Below, in pieces: positions 50,325-62,851 of a DNA stretch of 64,000 nt (its first letter is position 1; the number at the start of each line of letters is the position of its first letter). The stretch is from Balanoglossus misakiensis (taxonomy: Eukaryota > Animalia > Hemichordata). The translations under genes were made by a program, and so were the position numbers. The notes beneath the pieces are model-generated. The model worked only from the letters and a program-made list of their open reading frames with translations. It was not told the origin of the DNA and did no database searches. The stretch spans positions 9,692,461 through 9,756,460 of the forward strand of contig CM082596.2 of the NCBI GenBank assembly GCA_040954595.2. Direction: 5' to 3'.

Positions 50325-50485
50325 GGATTTTGTCTGTTCTTTGATGTGGCACAGCTGTAATGTGAATAATAAAATAAAATATTAAATTGATGAATACGTC
50401 TTTTATTTGCATTTCAACCATGCACGCATTTTACATCTTTTAAAACATCAACTACATTTATCAACTACATTCAATAAAAATATGG

Positions 50486-52584
50486 TTAAGCACTTTGTTC
50501 TCTCGTCACGATAAATGGCATGTAATGTTCGGTAAAAAAAACATCCAGTTTTGTCAACATTTCTTGCCAATATACACTGTCAAATATGATTCTCTCAATG
50601 CTGAGCCCTTTAAATGTATATATAACAAAATCGCACCAAGTCAGCCCACACACTGCCATTTGTCCCTGAATTTGCTGATAATATCTGTGATAAACTTTCA
50701 ACCTTGGCTGCCCATTGTCATCATAACAATAAAATGTTGGATCAAGGCATGCATCCAACAGAGTGACATTTTTCTTTGTTTCTGGGCATTTAACTTCTAC
50801 AATACCATATGGCTCAGATGATTTTCTATCGACCACTTTCGAATCCGGTGTACCACCAAGAAAACAATACGAGGGGTTTATAACTAGACCACATTTGTGT
50901 AGAGATACATAATTATCTGTGTCATTCATGTATTTGGCATATTTTATCAACCCCTCACTTTCATATTTTTTGCCATGATCAGTATATCTGCTTGTAAAAC
51001 TTTCAGAATTAAATAAGCTATTACACAGGGCATCGTGATTTCTTTTTGTTATACATACATCGTGAAAATTTGATGCAGTCAGCTTTGGTTTTCTATACAG
51101 AAACCACTTATCACTGACAGACTGCTTTCTTGTCTCTGCTTCAATCATATTTGCTCTGTCTTTGTTACATTTGATTGATTGAAACCATGCATGTTTCTGT
51201 TCATTGTTAATTTTAATGTCATATATAGGGGTTTCTTTGTATGGTAAATTAGGAAAAGAATTTAAATCTATTAACAAATTATAAGATGGCAGTCTTGGTA
51301 CTGATGATATGTCACAAAAGACAGAATAACTACACTCTGTGTGTCGTGTTTGATAGCTTAAAATTGAGCCATTTGGCACTTTACCAAATTTGGTATCAAC
51401 TAATGATACATCAGGCATGACCTGGCACTGCGCAAACCCAAACAGTGGATTTTTTTGGTTCAGACTTTCTCTGAACTTTTTTTCAGCACTGTTGTCATGA
51501 TTTGGATTTCTTCTGGCATCATACAATGCTGAAGTCACAGCATATTTTGACTCACCACTATCAACTTTAACTTTGCGAATGGCCAAACTTGTAACAGGTT
51601 CTGGCAAAACCCCCAAACCTCTGTTTCTATGGTGCCACACTTGTAATCTAGAGGTTGGAGAAGTAATGTTTGAGTGAATATTTACAAACTCTTGAACATC
51701 CTCTAAATCAAATAAAGAGCATTGTGAAATCAGAAATAATAATGCAAGGGTATGATTACAGTAGCCTACGAGTCCGGCTTTACAGGTACAGTTAGCATGT
51801 ACAACATTACCATCCAGAAGATCAAGCTTTAGTTTCAGTCTATGTGGCTCTGCATGTTTTTTGTAGCTATGGTTACACCTTGCTGTAAAATAAAAGTATT
51901 TTGTGTCTTTATTTGTCATAACATCATGGATATATTTTTCTTCAAAGAACACTTTTCCCCGTTGCTGATTAGTTGGGTGATTATCCTCAGCATCCCCTTT
52001 TACTTGCTTCCCTGTTTTTGAGAGATGGATATTTATATGTGCTCTAGTGAACAAAGGCAATCCTAGCAGCGACGTGCCCCACCCATCTTTTGGGTAAGAA
52101 GTGGACAGTCCAACAGGTGCTACAGGAGCTGACATGACATTTGCTGGAGTTTGGCCTGATGATAGTGCCTTCATTTTCTGTATCTTCATCTTAGTATAGC
52201 TTTTGTTTGGATCTGGATCAACAATTTTTGCATCAGTTCCATTTTCCATGTACACCTTTATTCTACAGAAAAAAACAAATGTTTCAATATTGTTATTTTA
52301 ATAGTATTATTTGCAATACATGCATTTTCATTTATTTGACCATAATTTATTATTATATTGTTTGATCAACAAAACCAAATGGAACACGTAAAAACAATTT
52401 ACCCAGCCCCTACTTGCCTTGTCAACAACTGTGCCTTTGTTTTTAAGTTCTTCAGGGTGTCACCCCTACATCTTAACCAAAATTGGAGCCTGTCCTTTTT
52501 CAGCGTTGCTGGATCAATACCATCAAAGCTGGCTCCTGGGATATCATCTTCGCTGAGAGATACATTACTGACGGTGACATCCAT
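50486..52584 (-). CDS. SAP-like + SWIM + YqaJ/lambda-exonuclease-like protein (exons ~52584-52411 and ~52263-50486)
   Basis: LQFWLRCRG exon; CTCKAG..CNH SWIM; W..R..LTASNF, HGKKYE, LGGTPD, IVEVKCP, YYQQIQGQM, CDFV. Confidence 0.9.
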
Positions 52585-54811
52585 TCTGTGTAAAAATCCA
52601 GCATGTCAATTACATTTTTTTTACTCTGTGAAGCATTGAACATGAATACAAATGCAAGAGGAATATAGGCTGCAGAAGGTCTGCAATAAAACTAAAACTT
52701 TTAAAAGCTCTCATTCATAAAGTTTCGGTGAATAACACCCCTTAGCAGTTCGGCTATGGGCTCGATCATAATTAAGGTAACAAAAACTGAAAGTAAACTT
52801 TGATTTTTTTTCGCTGAGTCGATCGATCGATACGTGCCTTTGACCAGAATGCCGGCTTTCCAGCTATATCGGTCGCTCCAAAAAAAAAATTTGAGATCGC
52901 AAAAATTCACACTTTTTTTGCTATAATATCTCAGAAGCTAAACAAGAAGGTGCTTAAAATATGACTGAAAACAAAAATACAGCTGCGAATTCGAGAAATT
53001 CTTACCTTGAAAAGTTTTATCGGCGTCGCCACTTCCGTCAACAAACCGCTGAGCCTGTGTTTATGAGCTGTCATCAACTCATCAGGGGCGTACACCCAGT
53101 GGCCTCGCTTTGAGGTCAAATTCATGATAGCCACAAGAGGGCGCTAGACTTATGAAACCCGTGTATTTGTTTCTATGTATTGGGATTTACAGGGACTTTG
53201 CTATATCTCAGGGATTCTCCTGAGGCAGATCTCTAGAATGTGTGAAGAAGTGTTCTGATCATCACATTTCATTTGACCTTCTTTGCAAATTCAGAGATTG
53301 TCTGTGGAGCGAATTGCTACAGGAATTTCATGTGCATGATGTGAGTAATCCCACTGCTGATGCATCCACCAGTTTGTTTTTTGGCTGGTTGAATGCAGCA
53401 GCAGTGACAGACTCTCACATGAATTTCATTTACAATATTCTTCTACAACATTTACAAGGAATTTTCCTCTTTCGACAGGGCACGAGCTTCAATTCACCCA
53501 CTTACCTACGGGCTTGACGACATCTCCTTCGCACCCTGTGGCACGGTCGGAATCACCCCACTTACCAAATGATTGATGTCTATGACGAGACCGACCGTGC
53601 CCGGTATCCACCAATACTTCTCCAAACTCTGGAGAAGTACGAGGCCATTTCACGATCTGGTAGGCCTGATGCCCATTAAGGTGCGGACGCCGTCCTGGAG
53701 GAGTACGACTAAAACAACAAGGCCTGAGCTCCTCCAGTGCCCGATTCAGGTAAGTGGGTTGTCATCTGTAGCAGGCATGATGCCCTGGCCAGTCTGAGAA
53801 AGATAGTCTTCTCAGTCGTTAGCCTTGTAAACCCCGAGTCGTTGGAACGTAGCCGCCCAGGCTACTCTAACGACTTGACGGGTTTCAGGGGACGACTGAG
53901 ACAGACATCTTATGTCAAGTATCAGGATGGTCGGTCTCCTATTACCATCTCAGGAGATGCTATGGATAGACACATTGGCAATTATAACATCAATGCCGAA
54001 GAAAGAAGACGTTCCCTGGTAAGTATCATCTGCCAAGGTAAGTCTCCAGGCACTGGCAAAAAAATACTACTTGTTACAGAAAAAGAAAGAGCAGAAATTG
54101 AAAGAGAAGAAAAAAAAAACAAATGCCACACTTCGACACGAATGCAACGACATAATTCAGACACTACCGTTAACATACAGAACATCACTGCATACACAAC
54201 TACGACGGGCAACAAACAAATCCAAGCTCCTGGAATTACTGCACAGTGTGCATGATTTATAAGGGGCTATTACAGAAGTGTTTGAATTTGAAATGCAACA
54301 GTAAAATTATTAGTGTATTTCAAATTCAAACACCCATTCCCCTTGTCTATCATATTAACTGTGCACAAAACACAGTATTGGCAAAACAGAAATACACTGC
54401 ACAGTACACAATTGAATTACAGTGGCTACAGATTTTATTGATTTATAAAAAAAAATCTTTTTTTGGTCATATTTCACAGTTTATCTATTAGTTTACCATG
54501 TATCTCTATTCTTTTTTTTTACTTTCCATGATTTAATCTCGTTTTTGTGTGTATCTTTTTTTCAATTATGTTTAGTCCTCTTGAGGAGCAGCTGTCACTG
54601 AAAACTACTGCCACTGTACTTGCTGACCAGCTGAGGAGATTATTGATTTTCTATATTCTAATCAACAGAATTTATATATTTTTTAATTATATTTTTATTG
54701 AAAAATTATTTGAAGGTTTCTAAATAGGAATGAAACAAATGAATTACGTTTTGTATTATAACCCAACATTGAAACATTATTCCAGTCAATCATGTGATAA
54801 AAATTCAAATT

Positions 54812-56515
54812 ATGATAATAATAATAATAATAATTTATTTGTATAGCGTCAGTATCCACAAAAAATGTGATCAATGACGCTTAAAGCAAAAGTACAATAC
54901 AACAAATGGCTAAAACACAGATTTAAAAAGTAAAGTTTTAACATTTGATTTAAAAACAGATAAGTCTGGTGCCTGGCGAATGGTGAGTGGAAGATTATTC
55001 CAAAGAATTGGAGCAGCAACAGTAAAAGCACGATCACCATAACTCTTGGTGCGTGATCGAACAGGGCAGAGTTTGAACTGATCAGCTGACCTTAAATTGC
55101 GACACGGAACATATAGATTAGTCATGCTAGAAAGATAGATTGGACCAAGTTTATGAATGGATTTAAAAATGAGAACTAACATCTTAAAAACAATACGCTC
55201 TGTAACAGGTAGCCAGTGCAACTGATACAAAATTGGAGTGATGTGACAGGTGATTTTTGAACGAGTTACAATTCTAGCAGCAATATTCTGAACGCGTTGG
55301 ATACGGTTGATTGAATACTTCGGGAGCCCAAATAAAAGTGAATTACATGAATCAATTCGAGACGTAATGAATGCATGAACTAATTGCTCTGTAGCAGAAT
55401 GAGATAAATATTTGCGGATAAGCGCAATGCGACGTAAATGAAAAGTGGCAGAGCGGCAGATCTGTCCAATATGTGGCTTCATTGTCAGACAAGAGTCAAG
55501 GATCACTCCAAGGCTCTTAGCCTGACAATGGACGGGAATCAGAGAATCGCCAACACGAATTTCTGAAATCCCTCTAGCAGACAGATCACCCAAAATACCA
55601 GAGAAAATAACAAATTCAGTCTTATCATCGTTTAAGCACAAGAAGTTTTCAGACATCCAAAACCTAACATCAGATATACAAAGTTCAAGATTTGAAACAG
55701 TTCTTGCTGCGTTGTCTTTACTAAAAGACATATAAAGTGAAGAGTCATCTGCATAAAAACTATAAAGACAACCATGACTTTGAACCAATTCACCTAATGG
55801 AGACGTGTACATATTGAAAAGTATGGGACCAAGAACTGATCCCTGTGGTACCCCAGTGTCGAGCGGATAAAAAGGTGATTGGGTGGAATTTACAAGTACA
55901 CACTGACTACGATTGGAAAGGTATGACTTAAACCACATGAGAACAGTATCAGAGAGACCAAAGCGGTCTCTTAAGCGATTGAGTAAAATGGTATGGTTCA
56001 CAGTGTCAAATGCTGCGGAAAGATCGAGTAATACCAAGAAAACATCTCTTTTTTCATCAAGAGCAAGCAAAATGTCATTTGTTACTTTGAGGAGAGCAGT
56101 CTCAGTACTGTGTCCTGGCTTGTAAGCAGATTGCAAAGGCTCGTCCAATGAATGGTTGACAATGTGAGAAGTCAGTCTCTTGGCAACAATACGTTCCAGG
56201 ATCTTCGACAAAAACGGCAGGTTGGATACAGGACGGAAATTTTTGAGAACTTCATGATCAAGAGATGGCTTTTTAAGTAGAGGTTTAACGACGGCTTCCT
56301 TGAAATGAGCAGGTACAACACCATACTGCAGAGAGTTATTGAAGATTTCTGTGATATGTGGTAACAAAACTTGTAAAATGTCAGAATGTTTGAAGATCTT
56401 GGTTGGAATCGGATCAAGGCGACAAGTAGATGAAGGCGATGCACGAATAACCTTGTCAATTTCATCAGCAGTTGTAGGCTCAAAGGCATTAAGGCGACAA
56501 TCGGATTTCAAATAT
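54812..56515 (-). mobile_element. 5'-truncated L2-clade LINE (RT ORF 54910-56511)
   Basis: [43 protein letters not shown]; 3' stem-loop (agcgtca...tgacgct) and (TTA)n tail at 54812-54835. Confidence 0.93.
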
Positions 56516-57171
56516 GATCATTTCCGAATTTCATTTGTTTAAAATCATGACACATTTTTTTTTCCTATTTAGAAACCTATTCAACTAACACTTCAGGTGC
56601 AATGTTTTACTTTTATTTTATGCTTTAATTACATTTTTATTATCTTTTAGGTTTATTTATTCTTTTACGATTAATTTTTATTTGTTGGCAAAATATTGAG
56701 TGTCATTTAATTTTTTTTTATAATAAACTTGGTTTCATATATTATTTAAATACAGCAATCATTTCTTTCGCCAAATTGGATCCCAGTGTTATTTTCTTTT
56801 ATCATTATTTATAAATTATGGGAGTTGATTTGTTAATGGGTATGGGGTTGGATTGTGTGGGTTCGGGGTTGATAAAGTTGAGAGAGAGTTTTGTGCATTG
56901 TTATAATAATCATGAATTGAATGTAATTTTATATGAATTTTGTAGTTCTTTGTAATAAAAATTTGATAATCTCAAATAGTGGTCAGTTGTGAGGAGTCAT
57001 TTATTTCAATTTCATGCCATTTTTATTTTAGCTTTTTGACAATTGGAAGTTTACAAAATTATGCATTTATACAATTATTTTTTTTTCAAAAATACAGTCA
57101 TTTCAATAAAACAAATTACAAAAGTGGCAACATCATGCAATGTAATTTTAATTTCTTGGCAGTAGAAACAT

Positions 57172-57386
57172 CAGTGTTTCATCTAGGGGGAGGGGGGATT
57201 CACCCCCTTGTTGACATGATAGCACCCCTTAGGAACTTGTCATGGGGGGGGGGCAATGCCCCTTAAAATGATGCTGTGTACATGTTGGAGATATTACAGT
57301 CTGCCTTGGAGAGTGGAAACCCCCCTAAATATTCTGGCAATGGGGGACGTATCCCCCCTGTTGATGCCATCCTAAATGAAACACTG
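57172..57386. mobile_element. 215-bp MITE with CAG..CTG ends (hAT-like)
   Basis: TIR cagtgtttcat(c/t)tagg; TSD not cleanly preserved. Confidence 0.6.
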
Positions 57387-57617
57387 AAATATGAGTTAAG
57401 ACAAATTAACTATACTCGGTGACTGAAGAAACTGTATAACATAAATAACACCATGTGTATATGACAGATGTCCGGGATATAATTTGTAAACCTACCACAA
57501 TATAAAGCGCTTCGACGTAAACATCACCGGCGGTTCAAGTTGCAGAATTTTCATTTGATTTCACCGTTTTACTGTCAGGTTATCTGGCCGATTCCCCCGA
57601 TGCTTCTAGATCAATAA

Positions 57618-57899
57618 TTAATCCATACACAAATACCAATTATTCCCTACCTTGATCGAAAATAACGGTTTAAAAACTCCTGACTCATCATGACGAAGTA
57701 CATGAAACTTTGTCCAAGAGCATAAGCCAAATGTCATTTGAGGTTTGACGGCGTTCTGATCGTATGGGTTGGATTTCTCCCGCAGAAGGCGATACCCAGC
57801 ACCGACAGTAAGCGCACCTTTATAGTGGTGCATCGCCACTGCCAGTACTTGGTGTACGATGAGTGAAGGCATTCTCTGAAGAGTATAGTATTGTGACAC
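57618..57899 (-). pseudogene. HIRAN-like domain ORF fragment
   Basis: VAMHHY...VGAGYRLLREKSNPYDQNAV resembles the HIRAN L.REP.N.YD.NA motif. Confidence 0.5.
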
Positions 57900-58781
57900 G
57901 ATGACCTGGTGATGGTGTTCGCTCGCCTGCTTTTTCGGTTGTGCGGGGCTTGTTGTGTCGCTGTCGTCAAAAATAGTGTAGGCGCCGAAATCAAAATTTA
58001 TTATTTTTAAAAAGCACTGGTGAAATGTTTTCTTATTGACCCGGAAGCAAGTTTGACTCGTACTTTCGTGTTTTTAATTGACGGGATATCCCCAGCGTAT
58101 TTCACCCCAAAATTACATTTGAATAAAAAGGTCGTAATTTTCATACCAAAGAGCGGGAAAAGACGTATTTCCAAAGAAGTCATTTGTCAGATCGCGTTCT
58201 ACATATTAACGATATGTTAATTTTTATGCTAATAAGCAACTCCTAATATGGGTCATCGATGCGACTGTATTATACGGTAGGTATTTCACTCAGTGATATA
58301 CCCCGTCTTGAACTATTTAGGAGAATGCGCTGAAATCATCACACAGCGTTGACTAGGTGATCGGCGTGATAGTTCGCTGCGCGCGCGAGCGACGTACGGG
58401 GCATAGGACTTTAGTGGAGAGGGATGTTGTAAAATTGGGTTATTAGAAGCTGTAATAAAGTTTTCAAAGCTGGAGTTTTTTGTCATGTTGAATGTATCAC
58501 ATTTACTTCTTCGGAATTCTCAATGCGAAATAATCGTTAACATGATATTTTGAAAGAGAACGTAGGCAATTGTATTTAGAATGCAGATGTGCCCATCGTA
58601 ATGAAAGCTGCCAGCCCCCTGAGAATAATACTACGGCCTACACGTTGATCACCTGATCGCATCGCCCTGTCTCACTTGGCTATGGGTGCCTGCCGTGATC
58701 CAAGGGCGCCCGGTTCAAATTTCTGGCCGTGAAATTGTTTTTCTCGACGCATTTTCGCAAATTGTATTGTTTTATAGGTAG

Positions 58782-58928
58782 GCATGTATGATAAAGGGGT
58801 TATTACACGAATTTTGGTCGATAACGCGAGTGATGTCCGTATATCATGCAAAGCAACGAGTCAGAATACGGACATCACTCGAATACGACGCGTTATCGAC
58901 CAAATTTAGTGTAATAACCCCTAATTAT
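58782..58928. repeat. ~145-bp hairpin, inverted relative of 33207-33341
   Basis: aggggttattacac..ttggtcgataacgcg..gagtgatgtccgtat / atacggacatcactc..cgcgttatcgaccaa..gtgtaataacccct. Confidence 0.8.
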
Positions 58929-59239
58929 CTTCCGCTGTCAAAACAATCTTCTGGAAAGTTGACTATACATGAAACACGGTAATATGGTATGGTATGGTTT
59001 GGGCATCGTTTAGAGGTTATAAACGGCTAGCGAGGGTATTTGGTTGCGGATATAAGACCTCTCAGGTGAAAATTAGCATATTTGGCGGGAAATAATCACC
59101 GAGCGATTCTAACTTGAAGTTCGGAAAGGCGAAAAAAAGTTGACTGGGCTGGATTTGGATTACACGGCCACCCTGCACTTTTGCTTGAAAATATTAAAGC
59201 ATATTACCTCATATGAGATTCTAGACGGCAACAAACTTC

Positions 59240-60257
59240 AACTGCACCACAAAAGAGTGATTATGCGTGTTGTGTGTAAGGGCATAACACAGACACTATA
59301 AGTTGTGTGAAGGGGTAAATCGATTAACCATGTTAGAAATGTACTCCAGGGTAAGGCCATGAATGGCATTGATGTACTCCAGGGTAAGGCCATGAATGGC
59401 ATTGTATTTAAGAAGCAATATCTTGTAATCAATCCTGGCACAAACTGGTAGCCAATCCAGAGTGATGAGGGCAAGAGTGATGTGTTAAAACTTCTTCGAC
59501 CGGGTGATGATATTTGCTGCTGTGTTTTGTAATCACTGAAGTAGATTTACTGCAGATTGAGGAAGACCAAACAGTAACGAATTGAAGTATTCAAGTTTGG
59601 TTGAAAGAACTACACGAATTCAATCCTTAGAAGATAGGTACTTTCGTATTGATCCGATGTGTCGACGATAAAAAAAAACGTGGACATACATGTATTCTTG
59701 ATGGGCTGGTTATAAATATGGATACTATCAAAGACAGCTCCCAGATTACACGTTGCTGTTACCAGAGAGATGGATGCAGAGCCCATGTTGGAGGATGGAA
59801 TAGGATCAAGAAGATGAGCGAATATCAACGACTTCGGTTTTGTTTAGCTGTAGTTTATTCAGTGTCATCCATGCCTTCGATGCAGATCTCCAGAGATTGG
59901 ACGATAGAGGGTGGATCTTGCGGAGAAAAAGCAAGGTATAGTAGTTTATCATCGGCGTACTGATGAAATTGTGGTTGTGGTGACGATTCAGTTTACAAAG
60001 TGGGGCTATATAAATGGCGAAGAACAGAGGGCCAAGGACAGAGCCGCGTAGGCCCAATACGATAGGTGAATGTGAACTTGCAGTGTTTTCGATGATTACA
60101 GTTTGGTATCTATTTTGAATGTAAGATGTTAAACCATGTTAATACTGTGTCTGTAATGCCAAGGTTCGATAGTCTACGAATAAGTATCCCGTGATCAATG
60201 GAATCGAATGCGGCGGAGAGGTCAAGTAAGATCAGTAGTGCATACTTTTCAGAGTCG
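59240..60257 (-). mobile_element. Degraded L2 LINE RT fragment
   Basis: [33 protein letters not shown]-like remnants across frames. Confidence 0.8.
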
Positions 60258-60299
60258 TACTACCGCTGGAATATTATTGTAGTTCATACATTAGGGACA

Positions 60300-60787
60300 T
60301 TGTAGCGATGAGGTAACGGCCTGTGACGAGAACAGTGATCCACGGAGACACGTATCTGATTCACGTTCATTTATTGTCGAGAATTACTCCAGTACATCAA
60401 ATATGTCCAGTTAAGTATGTGAGGAAGGCTCAGTAGCCTGAGGTACATACATCTCCCGTTAGATTATTCTCCTCCCCCAACTTTGCAAACAAAGTTCTCT
60501 TATAATTACTTTTCTCAAGGCGTGGTTAATCATGTCAAATATCACAAATACAATGTGTTACAATTTCATAAGGCATCAATTCAACTATATACGTACCAAA
60601 TTACATAGAGCGTTATATAATAAAGTCAGTTCGATGATGATTGACACTCAGAGCAGTCAATTAAACACCAACTCCCCCTATCTACTTCAAATACATAAAA
60701 TAAAAATACTATCAAACATTGACATTCCCGAGCTTTAAGTATAATTGACCCTTAAAATCATATTTGACCTTTGTACAGATCATAACA
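60300..60787 (-). repeat. 3' LTR of the second Gypsy element (left boundary approximate)
   Basis: On the minus strand, PPT caaggggag is followed by tgttatg at 60787; AATAAA (minus) ~60370. Confidence 0.7.
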
Positions 60788-62850
60788 CTCCCCTTGTTTT
60801 AAAGCAATGCGTCCCGCATTGGACATAAGTTTCTTAATTAAGAAGATAATGCTATAAAATACAACTTGCTAAATCGGTTATCTCTGTGGTTTCTTTATAC
60901 AAACACATAGCCATTACAAGGGACTATTTACACAAACTGGGCCAACTATTTAGGTCATCAAACGAACGAAAAATTCAACTCAAAACATTTTTCTCCAGTG
61001 TTAAAATCTCTGCAACTTCAAACTTCACTGGTAATTTCTTTATAACTTTAATACATCAACACATTTAAACAGAGTGACACGGGAACCAGGTTGCATAGCA
61101 CATACAACTAAACTCAGCAAACAACGGATAAAAAATGTCATTCGACAACTTGCGTAACATTTAAACGAATCAAGGGACACGCCAATCGTATTCTCACTCA
61201 TACAGACTGGCCAACACTCATACCTCTCAGTCGTGTTCAAACTCTCATTTCAGTCAACCACGTGTCTCCATTTTCCTTGTTTTTTTTGTTACGCGCATAT
61301 TTCTCTGTCCATAGATTTAAATGTGCAAGTGTGCTACAACCCGTTTCCCCTTTATCTTTACAGGATTTCTCATCAAATACTCTTTTGCAATTTCATTCAA
61401 ATTGTCTTCATCCTCCCACGTATTATGTTTGGTTGAATTATTCTTCCACTTAACCAAATACTGTAATTTCCCATTTCTATGTCGACCCTTCAACACATTT
61501 TCTATTTCGTAAATGGCTCAGAAGCTTTGTTCTGACAATTTCAATTGTTATTAGTTTCATCGATAGCACTGGGATTTGTCCTTGACGACAAATCTCTCAA
61601 TTCCAATCCCTCAATTTGATCAGAACCATTCTCTGATTCATTTATGTCTGCTTTAGGACTTTGACATATTTCGGTCCCATTTTCATAATTTTTGGTATCT
61701 GGTGAGGATGAGTCAAACTCTGAGGGGCGCAAATAAGCTCTTTTTAGCCTATTCACATGTATGCCTTTACGATAATTCCTGGTGCTATTGATGAAACGTA
61801 ACTTGTAATTAACAGGACCCGCCTTCTCAGAAATAATGTAAGGACCTGTCCACTTATGTACGAATTTCTTATTAACTCCTGGTTTAACATCAGGTGTGTA
61901 TAAATATACAGGATCCCCCACTTTAAGATTTTGTGACCGTTGGATATTTTGATCATAACGGTCCTTCATATTCTGTCGACCTATATTCTCTTTGGCGATT
62001 TTATGAGCTATCTCCCTCTTAGCAGCTAAATGTTTAAGGTGTGTATCTATATGTCTTGTCCTCCCTTCAACTGGCTGGAATTCAACATCCATGGGCAATG
62101 TGGGATGCCGACCTTATAACACATAATACGGGCTGAACCCACTGGACTCTTGAGGACTAACTCTATACGCGAAAAGCACTGAACTTAGGTACCGATACCA
62201 ATCTTTCTGTTTATTATCGACAAACATGGACAGCATGTCGACTAGGCAACCATTGAAACGTTCTGTAAGGCCATTGGTCTGTGGACGATAAGGGGTAGAA
62301 ACTTTACTCTGGATGTTGAAATATTTGCAAGTTTCGTGAACTACCTGGGATAAAAAAATTCGATCCCTCATTACTCAGCAAAACTCTGGGGCTTCCATAA
62401 GTAGCAATTACTTCATCAAACAAGATCTTAGCAACTGTCAGCTCGTGCATTACGTAATGGATATGCTACTGGAAACTTAGTAAAGTAATGAGTAAGTACT
62501 AAGATGTATTTATGGCCATCATAAGTTCTAGGGAGGGGTCCCACAATATCCATACCCAGTCGGTCCCAGGGTCCTGATACTGGAATAGGTAACAACTTAG
62601 CATGAGTAGGGGGTGTGGCTCTCTTTCGTGTGTGACAATGTGCGCATGTCTTTACGTACATGTCAACATCCCGGGGCATCCTTTCCCAAAAATACCTCTG
62701 TCTTAAAACTCCCAACGTTTTAGTGTATCCTAAATGTCCCGCTAAAACACAATCATGAGCCCACCGCAGCACATAATTTCTTGAGGACTTAGTTATCACA
62801 ACCTGTCTAACACAATCTAATTAACCAGCTGATTTCCCCTTGTTTCCAAA
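60300..62850 (-). mobile_element. Env-less, 5'-truncated Gypsy relative (integrase + chromodomain pseudogene 61310-62850)
   Basis: Integrase fragments nearly colinear with the pol of 2114-13248 (GHLGYTKTLGVLRQRYFWERMPRDV, WTGPY); chromodomain YEIENVLKGR..YLVKWK..NTWEDEDNL. Confidence 0.9.
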
Positions 62851-62851
62851 G

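Larger units (their letters stand above)
48089..53164. mobile_element. ISL2EU-type DNA transposon, apparently intact, AT TSD, ~300-350-bp TIRs
   Basis: TIR begins acacgggtttcataagtct; AT at 48087-48088 and 53165-53166; convergent THAP-DDE and SWIM-YqaJ genes. Confidence 0.93.
46598..54300 (+). pseudogene. Degraded transposase-like gene (Academ/DUF6589-like, tentative) split by an ISL2EU insertion
   Basis: FSFDNEQ, CPKC..CRRC, FVNPN, IRCDGLSY, TGLLHEEINAVKS | FVSMYWD, SDHH, GADAVLEE; the frame reads through the empty AT site. Confidence 0.55.

Noticed and set aside
48678-52584. Host HARBI1/THAP gene or phage exonuclease (prophage or contamination)
   Set aside because: Both genes lie inside TIRs with a TSD, and the YqaJ gene has a spliceosomal intron.
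59339-59404. 33-bp direct duplication
   Set aside because: A local tandem duplication in a decayed LINE tail; no sign of function.
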